Shown here: positions 1-9,597 of the stretch, one piece after another
How positions within the stretch are numbered: position 1 is the stretch's first letter
How the letters are laid out: each line of letters begins with the position of its first letter
Source of the DNA: a plasmid
Sequence record: NZ_CP048040.1
Direction: 5' to 3' (one strand)
DNA length: 60,946 bases
The notes under the pieces: generated by a model
What the model saw: only the letters and a program-made list of their open reading frames with translations
What the model was told of the DNA's origin: nothing
Databases searched by the model: none
Position numbers and translations under genes: made by a program

Positions 1-96
1 TGACCTGCCATCTGCCGATTCTCGCCGCCGTGCTGGCAGGACATGCCAGTGCCTTCCTTGGCAGCGACATTGGGGTGTTGCCGCGCTCGCGCTGAC
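1..96 (+). pseudogene. merE: merE 3' portion (frameshifted)
   Basis: Translation TCHLPILAAVLAG... matches MerE core; joins 60870-60946 across the circular junction; frame breaks before the canonical C-terminus. Confidence 0.5.
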
Positions 97-139
97 CGGC
101 TTGTTCGTTCTGGCCGTAACGCGGCTGCTGCGCGCTTCA

Positions 140-600
140 GGGGCGGATCATGACGAGTTCGCAGCCCGCCGGATGGACGCGGCCGAGTTAACGCAGGCGG
201 CGGCGCGGACAGCGATGACCTGCATTACCAGCCGCTGGTCGATCTGCGCGATCACCGGATCGCTGGCGCGGAAGCGTTGATGCGCTGGCGGCATCCGAGG
301 CTTGGCCTGTTGCCGCCCGGCCAGTTCCTGCCGCTGGCCGAGTCGTTCGGCCTGATGCCGGAAATAGGCGCGTGGGTGCTGGGCGAGGCCTGTCGCCAGA
401 TGCACAAGTGGCAAGGACCGGCATGGCAACCGTTCCGTCTTGCCGTCAATGTGTCCGCCAGCCAGGTTGGGCCAACGTTCGACGACGAGGTAAAGCGGGT
501 GCTGGCCGATATGGCCCTGCCCGCCGAGCTTCTGGAGATCGAACTGACCGAATCGGTCGCATTCGGCAATCCGGCCCTCAACGCCGTCGAGCGGGCGAGT
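140..600 (+). pseudogene. urf2-like EAL-domain fragment fused in-frame to tnpA (res/tnpR deleted)
   Basis: YQPLVDL...EALMRWRHP...[13 protein letters not shown] motifs; ORF 277-885 runs directly from EAL sequence into TnpA sequence [21 protein letters not shown]. Confidence 0.55.
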
Positions 601-3033
601 GCCGAGGCGATCACCCGTGCTAACCGGCGCATCTACGACGCCTTGGCCGAACCACTGGCGGACGCGCATCGCCGCCGCCTCGACGATCTGCTCAAGCGCC
701 GGGACAACGGCAAGACGACCTGGTTGGCTTGGTTGCGCCAGTCTCCGGCCAAGCCAAATTCGCGGCATATGCTGGAACACATCGAACGCCTCAAGGCATG
801 GCAGGCACTCGATCTGCCTACCGGCATCGAGCGGCTGGTTCACCAGAACCGCCTGCTCAAGATTGCCCGCGAGGGCGGCAGATGACACCCGCCGACCTGG
901 CCAAATTCGAGCCGCAACGGCGCTACGCCACTCTCGTGGCGCTGGCCACCGAGGGCATGGCCACCGTCACCGACGAAATCATCGACCTGCACGACCGCAT
1001 CCTGGGTAAGCTGTTTAACGCTGCCAAGAGCCATAAGCATCAGCAGCAGTTCCAGGCGTCAGGCAAGGCCATCAACGCCAAGAGCACGTGTACGGGCGCA
1101 TCGGTCAGGCGCTGATCGACGCCAAGCAATCAGGCCGCGATGCGTTTGCCGCATCGAGGCCGTCATCCTGGGATTCCTTTGCCGAGAGCGTCACCAGGCG
1201 CAGAAGCTCGCGCAACCCGTGACTTCGATTTCCTGCATCGCATCGGCGAGAGCTACGCACCCTGCGCCGCTATGCACCGGAATTCCTTGCCGTGCTCAAG
1301 CTGCGGGCCGCGCCCGCCGCCACTTTGTGCTTGATGCCATTGAGGTGCTGCGCAGCATGAACACCGACAACCCGCAAGCTGCCAGCCGATGCCACCGACC
1401 GGCTTCATCAAGCCGCGCTGGCAGAAACTGGTGATGACCGACGCCGGCATCGACCGGCGCTACGAACTGTGCGCTGTCCGAGTTGAAGAACTCCTGCGCT
1501 CAGGCGACATCTGGGTGCAGGGTTCACGCCGGTTCAAGGACTTCGGACTACCTGGTACCGCCGAAGTTCACCAGCCTCAAGCAGTCCAGCGAATTGCCGC
1601 TGGCCGTGGCCTCGACTGCGAACAATATCTGCATGAGCGGCTGACGCTGCTGGAAGCACAACGCCACCGTCAACCGCATGGCGGCAGCCAGCGACCTGCC
1701 GGATGCCATCATCACCGAGTCGGGCTTGAAGATCACGCCGCTGGATGCGGCGGTGCGCGGCCACCGCGCAGGCGCTGATGACCAGACAGCCATGGTCTGC
1801 CGCGTCAAGATCACCGGGCACGCTGCTCGGGGGGTCGTGAGTGGACGGGCTTCACCCGGCACTTCACGCGCGAAATCGGGCGATCTGGCCAGGACAAGAA
1901 CCTGTTGTTGACCACGATCAGCCGACGCGATCAACCTGGGCCTGACCAAGATGGCCAGTCCTGCCCGGCACGACCACACGCGAAGCTCAGCGGCTGCAAG
2001 CCTGGCATACCCGCGACGAAACGTACTCGGCAGCGTTGGCTGAACTGGTCAACGCTCAGTTTCAACATCCTTTGCCGGGCACTGGGGCGATGGCACCACA
2101 TCATCATCGGACGGACAGAATTTCGAACCGCTAGCAAGGCAAAAGAACACGGGCACATCAGCCCAAAATATGGCAGCAGCAGGACGGACTTTCTACACCA
2201 CATCTCCGACCAATACGCTGTTCCACCAAAGTGGTCAATGTCCACACGGCCTGCGCGACTCAACCTACGTGCTCCGACGGCCTACTCTAATGCCACGAAT
2301 CCGACCGCACGGATCAGGGCACTACACCGACACGGCAGAACTACCGATCGCGTCTTCGCCTGATGCACCTCTTGGGCTTCCGCGCGCCGCGCATCCGCGA
2401 CCTGGGCGACACCAAGCTCTACATCCCGAAGGGCGATGCCGCCTATGACGCGCTCAATAGTGATCGGCGGCACGCTCGGCATCAACACGTCCGCGCCCAT
2501 TGGGACGAAATCCACTGCGGCTGGCCACCTCGATCAAGCAGGGCACGGTGACGGCCTCGCTGATGCTCAGGAAACTCGGCAGCTACCCGCGCCAGAACGG
2601 CTTGGCCGTCGCGCTGCGCAGTTGGGCCATCGAGCGCACGCTGTTCCATCCTCGACTGGCTTCCAAAGCGTCGAGCTACGCCACCGCGTGCATGCCGGGC
2701 TGAACAAGGGCGAGGCGCGCAATGCGCTGGCCCGTGCCGTGTTCTTCAACCGCCTTGGTGAAATCCGTGACCGCAGTTTCGAGCAGCAGCGCTGCAGGGG
2801 CCAGCAGCCTCAACCTGATGACGGCGGCCATCGTGCTGTGGAACACGGTCTACCTGGAGCGTGCGGCGCATGCGTTGCGCGGCAATGGTCATGCCGTCGA
2901 TGACTCGCTATTGCAGTACCTGTCGCCACTCGGCTGGGAGCACATCAACCTGACCGGTGATTACCTATGGCGCAGCAGCGCCAAGATCGGCGCGGGGAAG
3001 TTCAGGCCGCTACGGCCTCTGCAACCGGCTTAG
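600..3033 (+). pseudogene. tnpA: Tn3-family (Tn21/Tn501-type) transposase tnpA, 5'-deleted and multiply frameshifted
   Basis: TnpA-homologous segments in three frames (729-1115, 1389-1778, 2436-2903, 2722-3033); C-terminus [18 protein letters not shown]...[24 protein letters not shown]. Confidence 0.75.
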
Positions 3034-3066
3034 CGTGCTTTATTTTCCGTTTTCTGAGACGACCCC
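3029..3066. repeat. Tn21-family 38-bp terminal inverted repeat (IRtnp)
   Basis: CTTAGCGTGCTTTATTTTCCGTTTTCTGAGACGACCCC = reverse complement of GGGGTCGTCTCAGAAAACGGAAAATAAAGCACGCTAAG. Confidence 0.85.
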
Positions 3067-3071
3067 AAACA
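3067..3071. repeat. 5-bp target-site duplication AAACA (right copy; left copy 57230-57234)
   Basis: AAACA immediately outside both IRs. Confidence 0.6.
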
Positions 3072-3464
3072 GGAACTGGAAAATCAAAACTGGTTTCTTC
3101 TGTACACACTGAGCTTGGTACTTTGATCGTTGATCCGTTAATCAATCCAGTAAATAGCTGGAAGGCTCCAGACGCGAAATTTACAAATGCTATTGCTATC
3201 GATCATGCATATTATCTCAATCATGAAATACTTAACGAAATTATTGTGTGGTGTAAATGGAAGAATATTCAACTCTGGATTTCTGAACAGAATATTTCTG
3301 AGCTTAAAGCTAATGGAGTGAGGTTAATCGGAAAAATTTTTGAATTGAATTTAGTTAATGATGAAACAGAGGAAATACTAAATAATATTGCTAAAAATCA
3401 CGTATCTACAACTTTGGATACAGGGATCGTGCTAGCTCGACAGCTGTATAAAAATAATCAATAA
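3067..3464 (+). pseudogene. 3' part of a small P-loop NTPase gene split by the transposon (5' part at 57193-57234)
   Basis: Joining 57193-57234 to 3067 gives MNEAYDIILITGKTGTGKSKLVSSVHTELG... with Walker A GKTGTGKS; ORF track frame 2967-3464 starts inside the IR. Confidence 0.6.
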
Positions 3465-3565
3465 TGAAGGTGCAAATTGAATACAAAATTATTTTATGTA
3501 TACACATTTAGAGCTTGTATTTAGTTTCGAAATTTCTTCCTTTTTTTTTCGCTGTTGAGGAACGT

Positions 3566-3901
3566 ATGAATAAAGAATTTGACTCCATATCCGAAATTCA
3601 AAAAGAGATTATCCGCTTAAAGCGCCACGCTGAAAATATCAAAAAAAAGACAAGAACCAAAGTAATTAACGAAATCATTCGTTCAATGGGTGAAAACGAC
3701 CTGAATCTTGAAGACATCGCACAGGTGTTTCACCGTAAACCTTCACAAAGAAAAATGCCGGCAAAAATTAAATACCAGCATCCCAATGGCGATACTTGGT
3801 CCGGTCGTGGACGACCTCCTGCATGGATAAAGCAGATAGAGTCTGAAGGTCATTCCCGTGAAGACTTTGCGGTCCGCAACGACTATGGGATTGAACCATG
3901 A
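3566..3901 (+). CDS. H-NS family nucleoid-associated protein
   Basis: C-terminal motif YQHPNGDTWSGRGRPPAWIK resembles H-NS DNA-binding core (TWTGRGRxPxW); AT-rich gene; plausible start MNKEFDSI. Confidence 0.6.
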   Translation: MNKEFDSISEIQKEIIRLKRHAENIKKKTRTKVINEIIRSMGENDLNLEDIAQVFHRKPSQRKMPAKIKYQHPNGDTWSGRGRPPAWIKQIESEGHSREDFAVRNDYGIEP

Positions 3902-4143
3902 CTGACGATTTCAAGGCGCCGATGTACGGCCCCACTTTTTTATTCGACTTGTCCAACCATGAGCCGCGAAGCGGCAAGTCCACGATGATGAACCAGCTGC
4001 TATCAGAACTGGCCGGTAAGGTCCAAGTGGCCGAAACGATTATCACCAACTGCACCACAACCATTCCGCGGACGTTCGATTTCGATGCCGTTGACACAAG
4101 GCATACTGTGGTGCTCGGGCCATATCGCAAAGTGAGCAAATGA
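3898..4143 (+). CDS. hypothetical protein (81 aa), ATGA-overlapped with upstream gene
   Basis: ORF with 4-bp overlaps to both neighbours; degenerate P-loop-like SGKST; about 60% GC unlike hns. Confidence 0.4.
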   Translation: MTDDFKAPMYGPTFLFDLSNHEPRSGKSTMMNQLLSELAGKVQVAETIITNCTTTIPRTFDFDAVDTRHTVVLGPYRKVSK

Positions 4144-4640
4144 AGCTATCCATCCATCAGCATATCGCGCTGTCCTGGTTAATCGGCGCTCCGGTGATCT
4201 TCGCACCCGTGATCGAGAACGCCAAGCGGCCCGATGCTGATGCCGTCATGGCGTGGGGTGTCGCCATCGTGGCGGTGATGATCCTCCTTACCCCCTTGCT
4301 GTTGCACTGGCCGACGTTCCGGCGCTGGTATGGCTGGACGGATGCGCTCTCCGAGCGGCAGCGCGAGGCGCTCGCGCAGCACGATCTGCGCCGCTACTAC
4401 CAGACCGCTTTTAATGAAGGCTACGTGTCCCGCGTGCTGCCCTACGTGTGGCGTATCATCTGGACAGTCGGCGGGTTGATGGCCGTAACTACCGTACTGC
4501 CCAACGACACGGGATGGCCAGCCTTCGACGCCTTGGCTGTCTTCTTGGCCTGGTATCCGATAGGTGTGATGCTACTGGTTTTCGCGTCGTGGCCTCTTGG
4601 TCGGTTGATCCACCAATGGGTACAGGATCGGCGAAAATGA
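4140..4640 (+). CDS. hypothetical integral membrane protein (166 aa)
   Basis: Several hydrophobic helices; translationally coupled to previous ORF. Confidence 0.5.
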   Translation: MKLSIHQHIALSWLIGAPVIFAPVIENAKRPDADAVMAWGVAIVAVMILLTPLLLHWPTFRRWYGWTDALSERQREALAQHDLRRYYQTAFNEGYVSRVLPYVWRIIWTVGGLMAVTTVLPNDTGWPAFDALAVFLAWYPIGVMLLVFASWPLGRLIHQWVQDRRK

Positions 4641-4696
4641 GTTCGTTTCATTACCTGAAATATGCAACTTGATTGAGATCCTGGCATATGAGTGAA

Positions 4697-5065
4697 TTAT
4701 GAAACCTCAGTTAAGCTAGTCAAATACTGTGGCCATTTCGCTGATTCGTCATTATCATCAGTATCGCAACCTTTATTGATTCCCAATGCTTCAGCGATGT
4801 CATGTGAAAGTTTTGATGCTGCTGATAAATATGGCTCATTTTCTGTAATGCCGATATCTGCTTCTGGATGAACTGCTTTGAATAGATATCCGAGGGGATT
4901 GCGCACCAAGCCACAGAGCGTGTGTCCGTCGGCATACTCCAATGCTATACATGGCCCTGTACTACATTTCAGAAACTCTTCAGCCAACGCACAAGGCTGC
5001 ACTGTGCAGCAGTAGCCGCATTTATTACATTTTTGGCCGAACTTTGGTTTTGTCGGTAAACCCAT
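4697..5065 (-). CDS. YkgJ-family CxxCxxCC zinc/iron-chelating domain protein
   Basis: CNKCGYCC motif plus further Cys; 122 aa. Confidence 0.55.
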   Translation of the reverse strand: MGLPTKPKFGQKCNKCGYCCTVQPCALAEEFLKCSTGPCIALEYADGHTLCGLVRNPLGYLFKAVHPEADIGITENEPYLSAASKLSHDIAEALGINKGCDTDDNDESAKWPQYLTSLTEVS

Positions 5066-5069
5066 AGTT

Positions 5070-5972
5070 TTACTCAGCCTGCCCCCGTGGTGAAGCTTCG
5101 GCCTTGAGCTTATTCACAAGCTGACGCAAAGCCATGGACATGTTCTGTTCTTCCTCAAGCCTGCGTTGTACCGCCGCTGTTCTTTCTTTCTCTGCCGCCA
5201 ACAATTCTTTCTGCCTTCTAACCTCGACTGTCGCCTCTTCGATCCTCCCGAGGGCGAAGCGATGGGATGCCGCTGTGCGATCATCGGCAACCTTCACGAC
5301 CTGCGACAAATCAGCCAGCTGTTGAGAAAGCTCAGCAGAGACTTTCTGGTACGTATCCCGCTCAGCCTTGGCCGATTCGTATTGCTGCAAAATGTCCGTC
5401 TGAGATCTACGCGCTTCTTCAAGCTGATTGACCAGGTTGTCCGAGTAGGCACGGAGCCGTTGGTTCTCAGCTTCTAAGGCTCTGGCCAGGGCTTCATATT
5501 GGTGTGAATCTGAGGCCACATGTTTTGGCGCTTCCGTATGCTTTAGTGTGCGCTCCAAACCTGCGACCAGCTCTGTCAGTTTGCCAAGATCAATGCCGGG
5601 GGGTTCTGCTGGCAGTGGCTGCGATACCGCGCTGGGTGGTCTTGATAGTGATGATGGAATAGCGGGCTGCGCTAGTTTGATAACGGCTGGTGCCAGTTCG
5701 GGCTTCTGTTCAATCGATACACGGTAGCGTTTGATTTCGTCATGGATGGTGCTGGTGGAGGGGCGGTACTCGGGGGCATACAGCTGTAGGAGCTTACGTA
5801 CGATGTTTGCGCCATAAATCCCACCGGTGGCGGCATGGACAAGACGCAGGAATGCAGAGACGAAGGGCCTTGTGCCACGCTCAACCGGAAACGCAGAACG
5901 TAGCTCATCAATGTTTGCCAAGAGGTGACGTACGGCCGCATCAGGCAAAGGGAGTACTGAGGTTCGTGCCAT
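5070..5972 (-). CDS. KfrA-like DNA-binding coiled-coil protein
   Basis: N-terminal region RHLLANIDELRSAFP...TRPFVSAFLRLV then about 200 aa of A/E/L/Q/R-rich heptad-like sequence; SD GAAGGA before ATG at 5972; 14-bp palindrome 54 bp upstream. Confidence 0.5.
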   Translation of the reverse strand: MARTSVLPLPDAAVRHLLANIDELRSAFPVERGTRPFVSAFLRLVHAATGGIYGANIVRKLLQLYAPEYRPSTSTIHDEIKRYRVSIEQKPELAPAVIKLAQPAIPSSLSRPPSAVSQPLPAEPPGIDLGKLTELVAGLERTLKHTEAPKHVASDSHQYEALARALEAENQRLRAYSDNLVNQLEEARRSQTDILQQYESAKAERDTYQKVSAELSQQLADLSQVVKVADDRTAASHRFALGRIEEATVEVRRQKELLAAEKERTAAVQRRLEEEQNMSMALRQLVNKLKAEASPRGQAE

Positions 5973-6025
5973 GAATAAGTCCTTCTGGTATAGCGGTACT
6001 GACAATGCGAAGCAACACTGGGGGG

Positions 6026-6039
6026 TTTCGCATGCGAAA
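6026..6039. promoter_or_regulatory. 14-bp perfect palindrome TTTCGCATGCGAAA (copy 1 of 5), upstream of kfrA-like gene
   Basis: Identical 14-mer at 21020, 31255, 51626, 53179, all intergenic. Confidence 0.6.
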
Positions 6040-6480
6040 TGTTGAATGTCGCTTGGTTTGCTGCATAGTTGGATGGACATGCAACGTCAATCGTTGAGAC
6101 GAAAACAGCTGAACTTGGCGACCTCCCCGATCTTGCCCCTGTTCTGGGGACGCCAGCGCAGCAGCGGCAGTCACAACACATCACATCGGTCAGATCGAAC
6201 CGGTGTCGGCTTTAAACTCGATCATGCCAAGTAGGCAACCTTCTTCAACGTGCCGTACAAGTAGGGATTGCTCTGGCCACAATGACCTTTTCACCTTCGT
6301 CCAGGCAGACCAAATCAAGCCGGTCGCAGCGGTCAGGGGATGCCCTCCTAAGTGCCACACCTAAACCCGAACTCATCGATACCAAGGCGTGACTGAGCGC
6401 CTATTGGATACCACTGATACGCCAGCAATAAGTAATGAATGAGGTAATTATATAGGTAATAAAATACCTATGCAATATAT

Positions 6481-6512
6481 ATACCGGACATTCCGTCCAG
6501 AATGTCCGGTAT
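6481..6512. other. 13-6-13 perfect inverted repeat ATACCGGACATTC-CGTCCA-GAATGTCCGGTAT, candidate tyrosine-recombinase core site
   Basis: Perfect 13-bp arms with 6-bp spacer in a 1-kb ORF-free region; one arm (AATGTCCGGTATTTC) recurs 40 bp upstream of the integrase gene at 56346. Confidence 0.4.
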
Positions 6513-7082
6513 TTCAATTAAGTTGGTTTTGGAATGAGCGCACACTTTAAGGTCAGTAAACATGCGGCTTTCGGGGGATAGGCGATAGAGGGAGAGCTAG
6601 GATTCGGTGTGTCGAATCTCATCTAATTTGGAATTATTCTCACTCAGTTTGGTATCGGGAAACGCAACTAAAGTGAGTACTGCTGAGGGAAGCGGGCAAA
6701 AGTGGTGTATAGGTTGATTTAGAGAATCAGTGTTCTGTGCGGTTTCCTGACCGAGTAGCTTGTTTCATGACCTGGTTGCAGGGTCCTAGCGCAAGATCAG
6801 GGCTGTAGGGCATACCAGCGGGGACGGCGGAAATCCATGCAGCTGCAGGTTGATCAGTCGAGACAATAGGTCAGCTTTAGAGGCAGAGAGCTGAGCCGTG
6901 GTGGTAAATTTGAACATTAACAGTCTTCCCCCGGAGACTGTTCTATCGTTTGTCGTCATGACTAATCAGTGGCAACGTGTCCAATATAGGAAGCAGCTTC
7001 GCAACTGACCATCAAAGGCTCTTGATTAAAAATGTCTGCTTAGACATAATTGTGTCTTTATAGACATTAAAAAGGAGACCAC

Positions 7083-7709
7083 ATGGCCAGCACCACGATT
7101 AACCGGAAAAATCTTGCCCGTCAGATCCTGGCAGGTCGCGCTATAGCAAAACTGACTAGAGTCGAACTAGCCAAGCTTGCGTCCATGGCGCATCCGACCG
7201 TCAAGCTCGCTGAAGATGGCGATTCGACAGTATCCGAAGAGGCGCTGGCTAAGATCTGCCGAGCTCTGGAAAACCTTGGCTTTGAGTTCCTGGATGGGAC
7301 CAACACACCTAGCATAGCGTTCCACGAACAGAACGAGATTGAAAGTTCCGGCATCACAGCCGATGCTTCCATGCCCGGCTGGGTTCGCCGCATCTATCCG
7401 CGTCGTCTGGACGCGCGTAGCCTCCTCAATGATCTGGAGGCATGCGGCGTCCAGGTCGATAACGTGAATGTCCTACTAGATCTGTGTGCGACGAGCGAAG
7501 GATCCTGGATGGATACGATCGGTGAGCTGGCTTCGAAAGGACGAAAGTATGGCATTCACTTCCAATGGCGTGATGTGGTGAACCCTGAAGGCGTACGTCA
7601 CGCTCTTCGGATCTATAGCTTGCCTCCTGCCACGCTAAACGCCTTGGTACAGAACATCACGAAGCACGGTGACGCGCTGGAGCTCAGTGGCAACGTGGTT
7701 AATCTATAG
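7083..7709 (+). CDS. HTH (Xre-like) DNA-binding protein with C-terminal domain of unknown function
   Basis: N-terminal LTRVELAKLASMAHPTVKLAEDG helix-turn-helix; SD AAGGAGA. Confidence 0.55.
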   Translation: MASTTINRKNLARQILAGRAIAKLTRVELAKLASMAHPTVKLAEDGDSTVSEEALAKICRALENLGFEFLDGTNTPSIAFHEQNEIESSGITADASMPGWVRRIYPRRLDARSLLNDLEACGVQVDNVNVLLDLCATSEGSWMDTIGELASKGRKYGIHFQWRDVVNPEGVRHALRIYSLPPATLNALVQNITKHGDALELSGNVVNL

Positions 7710-8057
7710 AGCAATTGCGCAACTATCACCGACTCTGGATTTCAGCTTGGCCTTCAATGCCCGGCTCACATCTTCGGCCTGCAAGCTGGCATGGACATGG
7801 TAGCCCACGATCTTGCGGGACCAAGCATCGGTGTTCAAGTTCAGATACACGCACTTGCCTCGTGTAGGCAGGTAGGTAATTTCAGCCACCCAGACCTGCT
7901 CGGGCCCGGTAGGCACCACTTGGTCAGGTCCGTTCTTAAGCAGATTGGGAAGGCGCCTGAAGCGATGATGGCTCTGGGTGGTCTTGCGGTAGGCCCGCTG
8001 TGTGGGCACCAGCAAGCGTGCTGCGCGCAGCATATCAAACAGGCGGTTACGTCCCAC
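7704..8057 (-). pseudogene. IS3-family transposase (orfB integrase core) fragment
   Basis: WVAEITYLPTRGKCVYLNLNTDAWSRKIVGYHV resembles IS3 OrfB DDE region; no orfA and no full length. Confidence 0.5.
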
Positions 8058-8209
8058 CTTGACCGGGGCAAAAGCCAGGCGCGTGTGCAGGATGTGGTGC
8101 AGTTTACGTGTACCTAGGCGAGGTTGAATTACCGCCAGTTAAATATAATTTTTTTTAAAAATTTCTGCTTTATTTACTAAAAGTCTGCAAAAAATAGCCA
8201 CGGATGTAG

Positions 8210-8503
8210 CTATGGTTGATTATTCCTTAATCCGGAGTAGAGTTTCGCTACAGCTGTCGCGACTTCACCCAGTATGGCATCCTTATCAATTACCCAAGAT
8301 GCAATATTTACATTACCGCCCACGTGCATCTTCTCTTCAAGCAAAACAGTTGGTAGTGCGGCATCATCGTCGATGATCAACTCATAACCACCTTCAAAAT
8401 GTATGAAGTCACTGTCGGAAGGGTATTTCGATACATCAACTTGAACGATATGTTTATTCACTATTCGAAAGTGAGCAATTAGCTGTTTCGTAGTTTGTTT
8501 CAC
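8210..8503 (-). CDS. hypothetical protein (97 aa) in AT-rich island
   Basis: ORF in about 32% GC segment. Confidence 0.4.
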   Translation of the reverse strand: MKQTTKQLIAHFRIVNKHIVQVDVSKYPSDSDFIHFEGGYELIIDDDAALPTVLLEEKMHVGGNVNIASWVIDKDAILGEVATAVAKLYSGLRNNQP

Positions 8504-8567
8504 TTTTCCTGACGCTTATAAGGTGATCGTTGAAGTTTAGCTGCACGGCATTAGAAAATTTGATGAT

Positions 8568-8870
8568 TTACTGAACTGATGTAGTAATAAAAACCATGCC
8601 AAAAGCAATTAAAAATAAACAAGAGCCCAAGGAAGCCCATAGTAAAGCAAAGAGCCAATACTTTGGCGGCTGCACATTTTTTAGTGCATCCGCAATGATT
8701 GAATCTGAAACTGTGGTATTACGATGACGCCAAAGCCATAAGGCTTTACTGCTTGAGTGCGCCGCAAAGTAGAAACTAATACTAGTCGCTGCCAGGAAAA
8801 AATAAGATAACCACCGAAAATCTTGTGCTATTGATTCTAACGTATCAATCATCATAGTCTCTGTTTTCAA
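8568..8870 (-). CDS. small membrane protein (100 aa)
   Basis: Three predicted TM helices. Confidence 0.4.
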   Translation of the reverse strand: MKTETMMIDTLESIAQDFRWLSYFFLAATSISFYFAAHSSSKALWLWRHRNTTVSDSIIADALKNVQPPKYWLFALLWASLGSCLFLIAFGMVFITTSVQ

Positions 8871-8907
8871 AAAAAATTAATTGTTTTCTTTAATAAATAG
8901 TTAAATT

Positions 8908-9213
8908 TTAAGTTTCTATTTTTGATAATAATGAAAACACAATGACAATCGTGACTCCGATTGCCATGTAAGGCGCAACCTCGAAAAAATCGACTTCAAT
9001 CACCTTCTTTTTCCATTGTCGATATGCCAGGTTAAAAAGCATCATGGCGGCAAGCACTGAGCCAAAGACGGGTATCAACCCAAGTTCACCAGGATTCATC
9101 AATGTAATAGGTACGCCAGCAAGTGCCAACAAGCCGAGTAATCCCCACAAAAACGAATTGACAGTTGGTGTAATTTTCACTTGTTTCTCCTGTAGAACAC
9201 ACCCACACTGCAA
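8908..9213 (-). CDS. small membrane protein (101 aa)
   Basis: Hydrophobic throughout. Confidence 0.4.
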   Translation of the reverse strand: MQCGCVLQEKQVKITPTVNSFLWGLLGLLALAGVPITLMNPGELGLIPVFGSVLAAMMLFNLAYRQWKKKVIEVDFFEVAPYMAIGVTIVIVFSLLSKIET

Positions 9214-9300
9214 TGTAAATTACTATTACCCCAAGGCTAGGGCAGGTTTCGTACATACGAAAAATCGTGAGAAATTCGGGGGCTTGTCAGCAGCTTCCAG

Positions 9301-9597
9301 TCAGTTGTTCAAATTGGATAACTGGCGCTGTCTTATTGCTTCGTTATGTTCCGATGAATGACAATCAGCAATCATTCTATTCAAATCTTGGGCGGTCAGA
9401 ATTTTTCCGGTGTCCAGTTGATCACTGATCATATTTTTAATATTTGGATACCGACTGATTGCTTCCCGTATCTTTTCTTCAGATGCAGGTTTTTTTTCAT
9501 CATCCTCCGATATCAGATTGATGAGATAGAGCGCTGGTATTCCTACAAGAATAATAGCTAATCCAATACCCATTAAAAAAATTGTTTCCGAAGTCAT
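9301..9597 (-). CDS. small protein with N-terminal TM helix (98 aa)
   Basis: MTSETIFLMGIGLAIILVGIPALYLI TM then soluble tail. Confidence 0.4.
   Translation of the reverse strand: MTSETIFLMGIGLAIILVGIPALYLINLISEDDEKKPASEEKIREAISRYPNIKNMISDQLDTGKILTAQDLNRMIADCHSSEHNEAIRQRQLSNLNN

Larger units (their letters stand above)
1..3066 (+). mobile_element. Tn501/Tn21-family transposon, right part (merE 3' end, urf2/EAL remnant, tnpA pseudogene, IRtnp)
   Basis: Window start continues merE reading frame from window end; EAL-domain fragment; long frameshifted TnpA homologue ending ...[23 protein letters not shown] with stop inside the IR. Confidence 0.8.

Noticed and set aside
148-2903. Numerous overlapping ORFs of at least 60 aa on both strands in the GC-rich Tn region (e.g. 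148-888 minus, 188-424, 252-632, 1253-1450, 1534-1979, 1931-2263)
   Set aside because: High-GC sequence produces long spurious frames. The real signal is a frameshifted tnpA and EAL homologue on the plus strand.
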